NCBI GenBank assembly: GCA_043812195.1
Contig: JBDRML010000029.1
Coordinates: 48,263-112,262, forward strand
Source of the DNA: Candidatus Woesearchaeota archaeon
GTDB lineage: Archaea > Nanobdellota > Nanobdellia > SCGC-AAA011-G17 > PNOQ01
Length of the DNA: 64,000 bases
Reading direction: 5' to 3'
Below, piece by piece: positions 21,336 to 30,648 of this stretch. The position numbers and the translations under genes were made by a program. Positions within the stretch are counted from its first letter, which is position 1. The number at the start of each line of letters is the position of its first letter. Under the pieces are notes generated by a model. It made no database searches, was not told where the DNA came from, and saw nothing but the letters and a program-made list of their open reading frames with translations.

Positions 21336-22089
21336 AATAAAAAAGTCTTTCAAACCTTTCTTAAAATTTGGTTCAGCAATAAAATTAATTTATTTATATG
21401 GATCTGTAACTAAAAAATACAAACCAACTTCTGACATAGACATACTCATAGTTATAGATAACACAAAACAGCTAAAAGAATCCAAAATAAAAAACATAGA
21501 AAAAACAGCAGCTAAGATTACAAAAGATTTTAAAAAAATGGGAATGGATCTACACATTCAACCATTAAAGCCATTAAGCTTATGGTGGAAAATTTTAATC
21601 GATGGTGAACCCTGGATGATAACATCTATTAAAAATAGTATAGTAATCCAAGATAAAGATAATTTAATGAAAGAAATAAAACAATTCATTAAGAAAAAAA
21701 CAGTTTATAGCAGAGAAGAAAGAGCAGAAAAGTTATTAGAAAGAGCAGAAAAATTTCATTCTGAAAACAGAGATTTATTATTAGACACAATTTCATTATT
21801 GTCCAACGCAGCCACAGAATCAGCACAGATCTTGTTATTATTCGATAATAAAATAATTTTCAATAAAGAAAAAATACTAGAATCACTAAAAAAGAAATAT
21901 TCTAAAGAAATCAATTTAGGAACATATCAAGAAATAATAGATTTAGAAAAAAAAGCCAGAAAAGGAACGCTAACAGAATTTTCAGGAAAAAATTTATCTT
22001 ATTACACAAACAAAGTTCAAAATTTCATAGAACAAATAGAAATTCTAACTTTAAAAATATCAGAGGAATATATTAAGAATGAAAAATAA
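21280..22089 (+). CDS. nucleotidyltransferase (MNT) domain protein with HEPN-like C-terminus
   Basis: LYGS.......SDIDILIV motif and a helical C-terminal domain. Confidence 0.65.
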   Translation: MRGSKVQEIKEKLKRLHNKIKKSFKPFLKFGSAIKLIYLYGSVTKKYKPTSDIDILIVIDNTKQLKESKIKNIEKTAAKITKDFKKMGMDLHIQPLKPLSLWWKILIDGEPWMITSIKNSIVIQDKDNLMKEIKQFIKKKTVYSREERAEKLLERAEKFHSENRDLLLDTISLLSNAATESAQILLLFDNKIIFNKEKILESLKKKYSKEINLGTYQEIIDLEKKARKGTLTEFSGKNLSYYTNKVQNFIEQIEILTLKISEEYIKNEK

Positions 22090-22759
22090 TATATTAAACA
22101 TAAAAAAAGAATTAATCAAAAATATAAAAGAAATAAAATCCATATGGATTATTAATGAAGATATATACATTCTAATCCCTGATAGCATAAAAAAAGAAAA
22201 AAAAGAAATAATTCAAAAAATTAAAAAAATAACAAAAGATATTAAAATTAATGTTTTAGAAATTGATGAATTATTTAGGGAAATAACAGATTATAATAAA
22301 AAATTACTAATTGATATTAGAGATGGCGATCTATTATATGATAAGTTAGGATTTATTAAATCAATCAAAATAAATATCAGAGAAGGAAATATAGTGGGCA
22401 CAAAAGAATCTCTTTTTAGAAAATTTGTAAATATTGAAAAAAATTTAAAAGAAATAGAGCAAATAAAACGCGAGATAATATCAAATTTATATACATCTGC
22501 AATAGAAGCCTCACAAGCCATGATGCTAGCTTCAGGACTTGATATAACAACACAAAAAAAAGTCCCAATTAGATTAAAAAAATTGTACAAAAGAGAGATA
22601 ATTGATAAAGAGAGTTTAAATTTAATTAAAGAAATAATAAAAGCTTACAAAAACTTTGAATATATAAAATCAAAAATTCCAAGCCCGGAAATATTAGACA
22701 ATTATATTAAAAAAATGGACAACTTTTTAATAAAAACAAGAAATGCAATATATAAATAA
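22079..22759 (+). CDS. degenerate MNT/HEPN-like protein
   Basis: LLYDKLGFI and LYTSAIEASQAMM resemble the preceding gene's architecture; the GS-DxD motif is not retained. Confidence 0.45.
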   Translation: MKNNILNIKKELIKNIKEIKSIWIINEDIYILIPDSIKKEKKEIIQKIKKITKDIKINVLEIDELFREITDYNKKLLIDIRDGDLLYDKLGFIKSIKINIREGNIVGTKESLFRKFVNIEKNLKEIEQIKREIISNLYTSAIEASQAMMLASGLDITTQKKVPIRLKKLYKREIIDKESLNLIKEIIKAYKNFEYIKSKIPSPEILDNYIKKMDNFLIKTRNAIYK

Positions 22760-22760
22760 A

Positions 22761-23258
22761 TTAATTAACTTCCCTTTTCTCAGGTTTAACATATTCCAAT
22801 CCAAGAGCCTTAAAAACTCCCTCTTCAGTTTTGCCAGCTATTTTTTTACCTGTTTTTCTATTAAAAACCCCATATTCATTTAATTTTAAGCCTTTTCTAA
22901 TCGCCTTTATTCTTAAAACAATATCATATTCTTTGCTCCCAGTAAAGTATTGTAAAGCAGCACCATAACTAGAATCATCAACAACTCTTAAATCAACATT
23001 TATTCCTTTTTTTAGTTTAACAGAAGATCTAGTAGAACCCTTAGACACAACACTTCCAACTTCAGACATATTAACAAATTTTTCAATAACCAATTCATGA
23101 TTTTTAGCTGAAACTAATATATCTATATCTTTAACCATTTCTTTTTTTCTTCTAATAGAACCAGCTATTTCAACTCTGACAACACCTTTGATTTTTTTTA
23201 ATTTATTTTTAATTTTATTAGCAATAGGCAATAATTCACTTCTAGGATATTTTTTCAT
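22761..23258 (-). CDS. minimal family X DNA polymerase (palm plus thumb only)
   Basis: AGSIRR, KDIDIL, VDLRV, LQYFTGS, LNEYG and EEGVFKALGLEYVKPEKRE; 165 aa. Confidence 0.85.
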   Translation of the reverse strand: MKKYPRSELLPIANKIKNKLKKIKGVVRVEIAGSIRRKKEMVKDIDILVSAKNHELVIEKFVNMSEVGSVVSKGSTRSSVKLKKGINVDLRVVDDSSYGAALQYFTGSKEYDIVLRIKAIRKGLKLNEYGVFNRKTGKKIAGKTEEGVFKALGLEYVKPEKREVN

Positions 23259-23280
23259 ATTAAACTTTTAGAAATACTAA

Positions 23281-23703
23281 TTAAAAAAGTTTTCCTTGTA
23301 TATATTTTGGAATATTATCAAATTTTTTTCTATCTCTAATATAATCCGCTTCATTATACTCAGTAGAAGCTAACGTAAATAATAAACAATCATCAGAATA
23401 GTTATACATTTTATGCCATATCATCGGTTTAACAATCAAAATATTGTCTCCCCTTAAACTTACTTCAACTTTTTCATATCCATTATTTAATTCTATATCG
23501 CAGCTTCCTCTAGCACAAAATAATGCCTGAATTGGTTCTTCAGGATGAACATGATCTCCTCTCTTTATTAAAAGGCTTGTAGCGCCAGCCCAAAAAATTC
23601 TCTCAATTTTAAAAGGCAAATCAGAATTCTGAATAACAGACAAATCACCTCTTTGATCCTTAACTTGTTTAATTTTCAATAATTTATATTCTAACATCTG
23701 CAA
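23281..23703 (-). CDS. FdtA/QdtA (WxcM-like) sugar 3,4-ketoisomerase cupin
   Basis: DQRGDL, PFKIERIF, RGDHVH, WHKM, LASTEY...DYIRD. Confidence 0.85.
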   Translation of the reverse strand: MQMLEYKLLKIKQVKDQRGDLSVIQNSDLPFKIERIFWAGATSLLIKRGDHVHPEEPIQALFCARGSCDIELNNGYEKVEVSLRGDNILIVKPMIWHKMYNYSDDCLLFTLASTEYNEADYIRDRKKFDNIPKYIQGKLF

Positions 23704-23747
23704 AAGAAAGCATCAAAGAATCATTTATATAAGCTCCTATTTCACAG

Positions 23748-25199
23748 TTATTCTGATAATAAAAACTCATTTAAATCTTTTTTGACCTTTTTCCCAAAAT
23801 CTGTTAAATTCCCTTTTCCATCAAGTATATCGAATTTATTCAATTGTCCTATCAACCAATTGGAAGTTTTCTTATTTTTACCCAATAGGTATCTTGCACA
23901 ACCTGTATTTCCTAGCCTCTCTTTCAAAATCCTTCTTCTTTTTGGATAATATTTGAATATTTTATCTTTCAAAATTGAGATATTTTTTATTAATTCTAAT
24001 GACCAAAATCTTATATACCCTTTATTTAAACCCTCCATATAAACTTTATAATTAAATCCTGTTATCTTTACGATTTCTTCTAATATTTTTAATTCTTTAG
24101 CATTAGAGGTAATGATAATATGCCCATGCGATTTAGAACTTACTGAACCATCCCCTTCCAAAACACCAAATATAAAATCCATTGCTAAACTTTTATCATT
24201 ATTTACTTTAATTTCTTTCAATAATCGATTTAATAATTTATTATAATAAATTTGAACTAATTGTTTATGTTCTTTTAAAATTAAAGATCCAAAAGGATTT
24301 ATTGCTGGAGAAGATCCTTTATCTGAAAAATTAAGTCTAACTCTCTTTTGTTCTATATGAAAAGGTGTATTTTTCTCCCATGCATTAATCAAATAGTTTT
24401 TAATAGATTTCTCATCTCTATACTCAATTTCAGTAAAAGAGATACTTGGAATTATTTTAGAATTAAACACCAAAGAAGTATGCATTTTTAAATAATAATT
24501 GGCTTGTTCAAATGTTGAAGCACAAATCCCCCAATCATTTCCCCTTTTAGTCCCATCTGCAAAATAACAACCTAAATAATTAGCGAAATCTTTCAACATA
24601 ATATCCAATTTTATAATTATAGGCATCCTATTTCCTAAAAAAATTATTCCATATTCATCATCTACTTTTGCAAAATTAAAATCACCAAACATTGCATTAT
24701 TTTCATTTGAAGTTCTATTTAATTTTCTAATTATTTTAAATATGCCCTTTTTTCTTGATTTCTTTGAATCAAAAACACAAGTATATTCTTCTCTCCTTTT
24801 TCTTTTTGAACTATTTATTTTACAAAATTTAGTTATGTTATTTCCATCTATAATTGACTTAATCTCTACAATATCCCCTGCTTCAAACAAGTACCTCGAT
24901 GCAATATAATCAGGAATATACAACCTACCATCCGAACTTATTGTTGTATAAAACCCATCAACTTTTTTTATTTTGATATTAATCTTTTTACCCAATAAAC
25001 TACCATCTTTCATAATTCTACAAGGAACATAAAATCCCAAAGTACCATAGAACTTAACTTTGGAAAAAAAGCTAATTTTAGAATTTAAAATTAGTTCAAC
25101 ACAATCGTTTAAGGAGAAAGCATCTCTACTTCCCAATGGAATAGAAATAAAACCCACCCCCTTATTATTTCCCTTTTTCAAAATAGCTTGAAATTCCAT
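23748..25199 (-). CDS. free-standing LAGLIDADG-type endonuclease with N-terminal AbrB-like repeats
   Basis: YLGCYFADG and FIFGVLEGDG helices; ISSDGRLYIP....RY.FEAGDIVEI resembles the AbrB swapped hairpin; no intein motifs. Confidence 0.7.
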   Translation of the reverse strand: MEFQAILKKGNNKGVGFISIPLGSRDAFSLNDCVELILNSKISFFSKVKFYGTLGFYVPCRIMKDGSLLGKKINIKIKKVDGFYTTISSDGRLYIPDYIASRYLFEAGDIVEIKSIIDGNNITKFCKINSSKRKRREEYTCVFDSKKSRKKGIFKIIRKLNRTSNENNAMFGDFNFAKVDDEYGIIFLGNRMPIIIKLDIMLKDFANYLGCYFADGTKRGNDWGICASTFEQANYYLKMHTSLVFNSKIIPSISFTEIEYRDEKSIKNYLINAWEKNTPFHIEQKRVRLNFSDKGSSPAINPFGSLILKEHKQLVQIYYNKLLNRLLKEIKVNNDKSLAMDFIFGVLEGDGSVSSKSHGHIIITSNAKELKILEEIVKITGFNYKVYMEGLNKGYIRFWSLELIKNISILKDKIFKYYPKRRRILKERLGNTGCARYLLGKNKKTSNWLIGQLNKFDILDGKGNLTDFGKKVKKDLNEFLLSE

Positions 25200-25264
25200 A
25201 TTTTATCTTAAATAATTAAATATTTAAAGATTTGTATAGTATAGAAAATAAAAAGATTCTGCGG

Positions 25265-27094
25265 TTACTCCACAGAAACACATTTCGCTAAATTTTTAGG
25301 ATGATCAATTTCGCAACCTCTTAATTTTGCCATGTGATAAGCTAATAATTGTGTAGGAATAACAGAAAGTATAGGTGTTAAATATTCACTAGTACTAGGA
25401 ATATAAATCACATCATCAACTCTTTTCATCAATTCATCATTTAAATCAGTAGTAATTGCTATTACTTTCCCACCACGACTTTTAATCTCCTCTATATTGT
25501 TTAAAACTTTCTTATACAATCTATCTAAGGGAGCAATAAAAATACTTGGCATATTTTCATCAATCAAGGCGATAGGTCCATGTTTCATCTCTGCAGCAGG
25601 ATATCCTTCAGCATGAATATAACTAATCTCTTTTAACTTTAAAGCACCTTCCAAAGCTACAGGAAAATTATACCCCCTACCTAAATACAAAGCATTATTT
25701 GATTTATAATATTTATCAGCAACAGATTTAATCTTATCATTACTTCTCAAAACATCATCAATCAAAGAAGGCAACCTAACTAATTCATTAATAAGCTCTT
25801 TAGCTTTTTCATCTGAAATCTTCTCTCTAATTCTTCCAAAATACAAAGCCAACAAATATAATATAATACAATGAGATGTAAATGTTTTAGTAGAAGCCAC
25901 ACCTATTTCCTGACCAGCATATAAATATACCCCTCCATGAACCTTTCTAGCAATTGTAGAAGAAACAGTATTAACAATACCTAAAGTCTTAACTTCATAT
26001 TTTTTAGCTTCATCAATAGCAGCTATAGTATCAGCAGTTTCTCCACTCTGAGATAATGCAATCAATAAATCCCCTTTCTTTAAAGCCGGATTTCTATATC
26101 TAAATTCAGATGCATACTCAACCTGACAAGGAATATCAACCAAATCCTCAAATAAATATTTACCATACAAACATGCATGCCATGAAGTTCCACACCCAGT
26201 TAAAATAATTCTTTTTATATCTTTTATTTCATTATCATCTAAATTCAAACCACTAAACTTGGCATTAATTTTATCCTTATCTATTCTCCAACTAAAAGCC
26301 TCACTAACAGTTCTTGGCTGCTCAAAAATTTCCTTAAGCATATAATGTTCAAAATTACCTTTACTTATCTCATCTAAATCCATTTTTAATTTAGTAACTT
26401 CTCTATTAATATGCAACTCAGACAAATTCTGTATACTATAATCATTCTTCTTAATTATTGCCACATCATTATCATGCAAATAAATTACATCTTTAGTATA
26501 AGGCAACACAGGAGCAACATCAGAAGCAACAATCATTTCATTATTTCCAATTCCAATTACTAAAGAACTACTTTTCTTAGCAATAAATAATCTATCTGGT
26601 ATATCAGAATGTAACATCACAAAAGCATAAGCCCCTTCCAATAATTTTAAAGATTTAATAAACGCATCCTCAATATTATTATTTTTCATAAACTCCTCAA
26701 CTAAATGAGCCATAACCTCAGTATCTGTTTCACTATCAAACTTATGCCCTTTTTCTTCTAATAGATTTCTAAGTTCCAAAACATTCTCTATTATTCCATT
26801 ATGCACTATAGAAATTTTCTTACTGCAATCTGAAAGTGGGTGAGCATTGAAATCAGTAACAATACTTGAAGTAGCCCACCTTGTATGGCCAATCCCAATA
26901 CAAGAGTCAGGCAAATTGCCAATATTATCTTCTAAAACTTGTATTCTTCCAACATTTTTCTTAGTATGAATTATATCATCTTTCAAAACAGAAATCCCAC
27001 AAGAATCATAACCCCTATATTCTAATTTATTTAAACCACTAATAATAACATCTTTAGCTTCTTTTTCCCCAATATATCCAACTATTCCACACAA
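25265..27094 (-). CDS. glmS: glutamine--fructose-6-phosphate aminotransferase (TTG start giving N-terminal Cys)
   Basis: CGIVGY, LEYRGYDS, GHTRWAT, HNGIIEN, SQSGETADT, EMKHGP, NLAK.V.VE. Confidence 0.96.
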   Translation of the reverse strand: MCGIVGYIGEKEAKDVIISGLNKLEYRGYDSCGISVLKDDIIHTKKNVGRIQVLEDNIGNLPDSCIGIGHTRWATSSIVTDFNAHPLSDCSKKISIVHNGIIENVLELRNLLEEKGHKFDSETDTEVMAHLVEEFMKNNNIEDAFIKSLKLLEGAYAFVMLHSDIPDRLFIAKKSSSLVIGIGNNEMIVASDVAPVLPYTKDVIYLHDNDVAIIKKNDYSIQNLSELHINREVTKLKMDLDEISKGNFEHYMLKEIFEQPRTVSEAFSWRIDKDKINAKFSGLNLDDNEIKDIKRIILTGCGTSWHACLYGKYLFEDLVDIPCQVEYASEFRYRNPALKKGDLLIALSQSGETADTIAAIDEAKKYEVKTLGIVNTVSSTIARKVHGGVYLYAGQEIGVASTKTFTSHCIILYLLALYFGRIREKISDEKAKELINELVRLPSLIDDVLRSNDKIKSVADKYYKSNNALYLGRGYNFPVALEGALKLKEISYIHAEGYPAAEMKHGPIALIDENMPSIFIAPLDRLYKKVLNNIEEIKSRGGKVIAITTDLNDELMKRVDDVIYIPSTSEYLTPILSVIPTQLLAYHMAKLRGCEIDHPKNLAKCVSVE

Positions 27095-27158
27095 TGTAAT
27101 ATACGCCAAAATACTGCTCTTATAAATTTAATGAAAGTAACATTTAGATTAAGTAAGC

Positions 27159-27917
27159 TTGCCATACACCACAAAATCATTTATAAAGTTAAAAATCAAT
27201 GCATCAAACATGAATCTATCAGAAAGAGGAAAAAGGAATGTAAGAATAAGATGGAATAGAATACATCAAAAAGAGATTGATTATATAAGGAAAAATTTAG
27301 ATAAAACTTTTAATTTTAAATCTAGGTTATGTGGTTACTTAGCAGGAGATGGCAATATTCTTACTGCTAATAGCAAAACATGTACTCATTATACAATTCG
27401 TTTTTTCCCAGATCATTATTCACTAATTAAACCATTTAAAGAAGCGTTTATCAAAACATATAATAAAAATCCAAAAGTGAAAAAATTAAAAAACTATTAT
27501 TTTATAACTATTGATTCCAAACCAATAGTATATGATCTCTTGTCACTAGTTGAATTTGGTACTTCAAATTGGAGTATTCCAAATAAAATTTTAACCAATG
27601 ATAAAAATAAAATAGAATGGTTAAGAGCATTTTTTGATGCTGAAGCACATATTCATGAAAAATATATTAGAATTCAATCAGTTAATGGAAAAGGATTAAA
27701 ACAAGTAAAAGAATTATTAAACCAATTTTCTATTAATTCCAAAATTTATGAATACGTTCCAAAAAATAAAAAATGGAATAAGGTGTACATACTAAATATT
27801 TTAAGGAAAAAAGATAAAATAAATTATTTAAAATTAATAGGATTTAATCACACCATAAAGCTTAAAAAGTTAAATAAAAATCTTGATTTTGCCTTAAATA
27901 AAGCCGCGGTCGCGTAA
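27159..27917 (+). CDS. free-standing LAGLIDADG homing endonuclease (likely ATG start 27210), 3' end overlaps tRNA-Ser(GGA)
   Basis: LCGYLAGDG and WLRAFFDAEA; the TAA stop at 27915-27917 lies in the tRNA D-loop. Confidence 0.85.
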   Translation: MPYTTKSFIKLKINASNMNLSERGKRNVRIRWNRIHQKEIDYIRKNLDKTFNFKSRLCGYLAGDGNILTANSKTCTHYTIRFFPDHYSLIKPFKEAFIKTYNKNPKVKKLKNYYFITIDSKPIVYDLLSLVEFGTSNWSIPNKILTNDKNKIEWLRAFFDAEAHIHEKYIRIQSVNGKGLKQVKELLNQFSINSKIYEYVPKNKKWNKVYILNILRKKDKINYLKLIGFNHTIKLKKLNKNLDFALNKAAVA

Positions 27918-28020
27918 TCTGGTATCGCACAGATCCTTAAAAGAAATAAAATTTTTATGGAGTGTAAGCCTGGAAAGCCTGACCCTTTTGGGTGTCTGGG
28001 TTCAAATCCCAGTCGCGGCG
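27903..28020 (+). tRNA. tRNA-Ser(GGA) with a 35-nt BHB intron at 29/30 (27933-27967)
   Basis: Acceptor GCCGCGG/TCGCGGC plus G73. After splicing the anticodon arm is CAGGC-CTGGAAA-GCCTG. Long variable arm, T arm CTGGG-TTCAAAT-CCCAG. BHB helix GCAC/GTGT with bulges AG|A and AA|G. Confidence 0.9.
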
Positions 28021-28608
28021 CTCATACTATTAGGCAAACGCCACATAATTAAGAAAGTTTTAAATACTATTTTCAAGAAATATTTATATGGTTTTACCAA
28101 GAATAAATAAATTTGAAGATAAAAAGAAACTATATTCCTATATAATAAACAAATTTAGAAATTCTATGGTTATATTAGTTCACGGTTCTACTGCCAATAA
28201 AAAAATTAGAAACTATTCAGATTTTGATGTAGAAATTTATGGAAAAAATATTAAAAAACCATACTATGAAATTCTCTTTATTAAAGAAGCTCCAGTCTTG
28301 TTATCTGTTTATTTTTACAAATATAAATCAGGTAAAAAAACAATACCAAAAAAAGGAATAAAAGTTATCAAAGGGGATTTTAGTAATAATTTAGATGGTG
28401 GAATTACTCCAATATATGGTGAAGGAAAATATACAAGTAAAGAGAGGTTAAAAAGAGATTGTCAACTGGTAACTGATTTTATGTTTAAATATTTTAGGTC
28501 TAAGGATAAAACATATCTCAAATATGTACAAAAAAGAATTAAATAGGGTGGTAAGGGTAAGAAGTAATTAGCCCTTGCCTAATAATCCTGCTACCAAGTC
28601 GCGGCGCT
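28011..28608 (+). mobile_element. small att-like cassette: 12-bp duplication of the tRNA 3' end (28011-28022, 28597-28608) with 10-bp inner inverted repeats (28028-28037, 28575-28584)
   Basis: AGTCGCGGCGCT occurs twice; TATTAGGCAA and TTGCCTAATA are reverse complements. Confidence 0.55.
28088..28546 (+). CDS. nucleotidyltransferase-fold protein
   Basis: LVHGSTA......SDFDVE motif. Confidence 0.6.
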   Translation: MVLPRINKFEDKKKLYSYIINKFRNSMVILVHGSTANKKIRNYSDFDVEIYGKNIKKPYYEILFIKEAPVLLSVYFYKYKSGKKTIPKKGIKVIKGDFSNNLDGGITPIYGEGKYTSKERLKRDCQLVTDFMFKYFRSKDKTYLKYVQKRIK

Positions 28609-28650
28609 TATAATTTTACAAAAAAGAATTAATTTATAAAAAAGAAAAAG

Positions 28651-28671
28651 TCCTACCATTATTAGGTAGGA
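28651..28671 (-). terminator. hairpin followed by a T-tract, putative terminator of the minus-strand genes
   Basis: TCCTACC-7nt-GGTAGGA, followed on the minus strand by CTTTTCTTTTTT. Confidence 0.45.
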
Positions 28672-28686
28672 TTAATGAAATTATTT

Positions 28687-29538
28687 TTAATCTGTTCTTT
28701 TAATACATTCTATCTCTATAATACCATCATCATTTAATCCTTTAATGATATATTCTCTATAATGTTCTGTAAGAGATTCCATACTATGTTTTATATGTCT
28801 ATTTGAAAGAGGAATTATCATTCCTCCTTTTTTATCTTTATCTAAAGGAAAATAAGGACGGATTCCATTTGACCAAGTTCCATAAAAACTTCCAAGATTA
28901 ATAGCAGTATGATAAATAGGAGAATCTTCTCCTTCTTTAATAAGACTCCTAAATTCATTAGATGCTTTCCTTAATTTTTGTGCTTTTTCATGTGCTTTTT
29001 TATATGATTCATTAAATCTTGCAAAAGCCATATTTCCACACATACTTTCAACATTTTCTTCATCAGTAGATGTATATTTTATTTTACATTTTAATTGCCT
29101 ATCATCATCCGGATTAAGAAAATTTATCTTTGAAGAATAATCATTATTTAAATAATCTTCAAGAAATTGTTCTTGAATCTCTCCCAATTCTTTAGTAGCA
29201 TAAGCTAAAAAAACTATTTCTGCTGTTGCTTCTTGACAAATATGAATATTTCCATTATATCTTTCTCCTAATTTATGAATACTATCACAATCTCCAAGAC
29301 CTTCTTCTCTTCCCCTTTCATAAGTACTTGCAACAAGGTGAGATTCTAAAACCAATCTTTCCAAATCTAATTCGGAAATTTTTCTTATAGTTTTAATAGC
29401 TAACTGTTTGATTGACTCTCCATGTTGAAGATTTATTCTTTCAGCTACATATTCTTTTTGAGCATCTACAATTTGACTTACAAAAGGATCTGTCTTTGCA
29501 TCATAAATTTTTTGTATATATTGTTCTAATTAATCCAT
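28687..29538 (-). pseudogene. hypothetical protein with an in-frame TAA at codon 3 (ORF track calls only 28687-29364)
   Basis: ATG GAT TAA TTA GAA CAA... directly after the upstream gene's stop; the frame is then open through to 28687. Confidence 0.5.
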
Positions 29539-29539
29539 T

Positions 29540-30517
29540 TTATTCACCCTTCTTATCTATTTTTTTCCAATATTCTTTTGAACCTAAAATATAATTATTA
29601 CCTTCTCCATCATCTATAATCGCACCATCAAGATTTGCTCCCTTAAAGTTTGTATTATAAAGACTTGCATCCTCAAGATTTGCATTTCTAAGGTTTGCAT
29701 CAGTAAGGTTTGCATCAGTAAGGTTTGCTCTTTTAAGGGATGCACCTATAAGAGATGAACTTCTAAGGATTGCTTTTCTAAGAAATACATCATCAAGAAT
29801 TACACCATCAAGAATTGCATCTTTAAGATTTGTATATTCAAGGTTTACATCTTTAAGATTTGCACCTAAAAAGCTTGCACCAGTAAAGTTTGCCCTCTCA
29901 AGATTTGCCCTCTCAAGGTTTGCCCTCTCAAGATTTGCATTTTTAAGATTTGCATCTCTAAGGTATGTTCTCTCAAGGTTTGCATCTCTAAGGTTTGCAT
30001 ACTTAAAATTTGTATTATAAAGACTTGCATCCTCAAGATTTGCCCCCTCAAGATTTGCTTCTCTAAGATTTGCATGATCAAGATTTGCCCCACCAAGATT
30101 TGCATGATTAAGATTTGCCCCACCAAGATTTGCTTCTCTAAGATTTGCATCTCTAAAATCTGCACGCCCAGCAATTGAATAACTAAGATTTGCATTTCTA
30201 AGATCTGCATTTCTAAGATCTGCCTCATAAAGATTTGAATGACTAAGATCTGTATTTTTAAGATCTGCACCCTCAAGATTTGAATGACCAAAATATGCTC
30301 TATAAATGTTTGCATTTTTAAGATCTGCACCCTCAAGATTTGAATAAGCAAAAGTTGAATGACTAAGATTTGAATGACTAAGATTTGAATTATTAAAATT
30401 TGTTCTTATAAATCTTGAATTTGAAATATCTAAATATCTAAGATCTTCACCGCTAAAGTCTGCTCCATCAAAGAATCCAGATTTTTTTATTTCATATCCT
30501 TTTACAATTTTTTCCAT
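29540..30517 (-). CDS. pentapeptide repeat protein
   Basis: Dozens of A(N/D)LXX repeats with 15-nt DNA periodicity; SD GGAGG. Confidence 0.92.
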   Translation of the reverse strand: MEKIVKGYEIKKSGFFDGADFSGEDLRYLDISNSRFIRTNFNNSNLSHSNLSHSTFAYSNLEGADLKNANIYRAYFGHSNLEGADLKNTDLSHSNLYEADLRNADLRNANLSYSIAGRADFRDANLREANLGGANLNHANLGGANLDHANLREANLEGANLEDASLYNTNFKYANLRDANLERTYLRDANLKNANLERANLERANLERANFTGASFLGANLKDVNLEYTNLKDAILDGVILDDVFLRKAILRSSSLIGASLKRANLTDANLTDANLRNANLEDASLYNTNFKGANLDGAIIDDGEGNNYILGSKEYWKKIDKKGE

Positions 30518-30648
30518 TTTTTATTTACCTCCTATTTTTATGACTTTCATCATACAAAAGTAGTGACTTTTCAACTATATAAATACTCTCTCCCCTTAAG
30601 TGCGTAGTAATAGTAAAATTTATATATCTTATTAACTAAATTAAAAAG

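Noticed and set aside
25200-25300. Tn7 insertion at attTn7 downstream of glmS
   Set aside because: No tns genes, terminal repeats or 5-bp target duplication are visible.
27159-28020. LAGLIDADG ORFs as intron-encoded genes inside large tRNA introns or split/permuted tRNAs
   Set aside because: Each tRNA is complete from position 1 to 73 downstream of the ORF body, and I found no tRNA 5' half upstream of the ORFs.
28547-28608. Integron attC site
   Set aside because: A hairpin is present, but canonical RYYYAAC/GTTRRRY ends are not, and there is no integron integrase or cassette array.
29530-29532. Stop-codon reassignment (alternative genetic code)
   Set aside because: TAA, TAG and TGA all terminate conserved genes correctly elsewhere in the window.
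29600-30450. CRISPR-like or satellite repeat; 161-aa alternative ORF 29866-30351
   Set aside because: The 15-nt periodicity is explained by pentapeptide coding and there are no unique spacers. The alternative ORF is a frame shadow.
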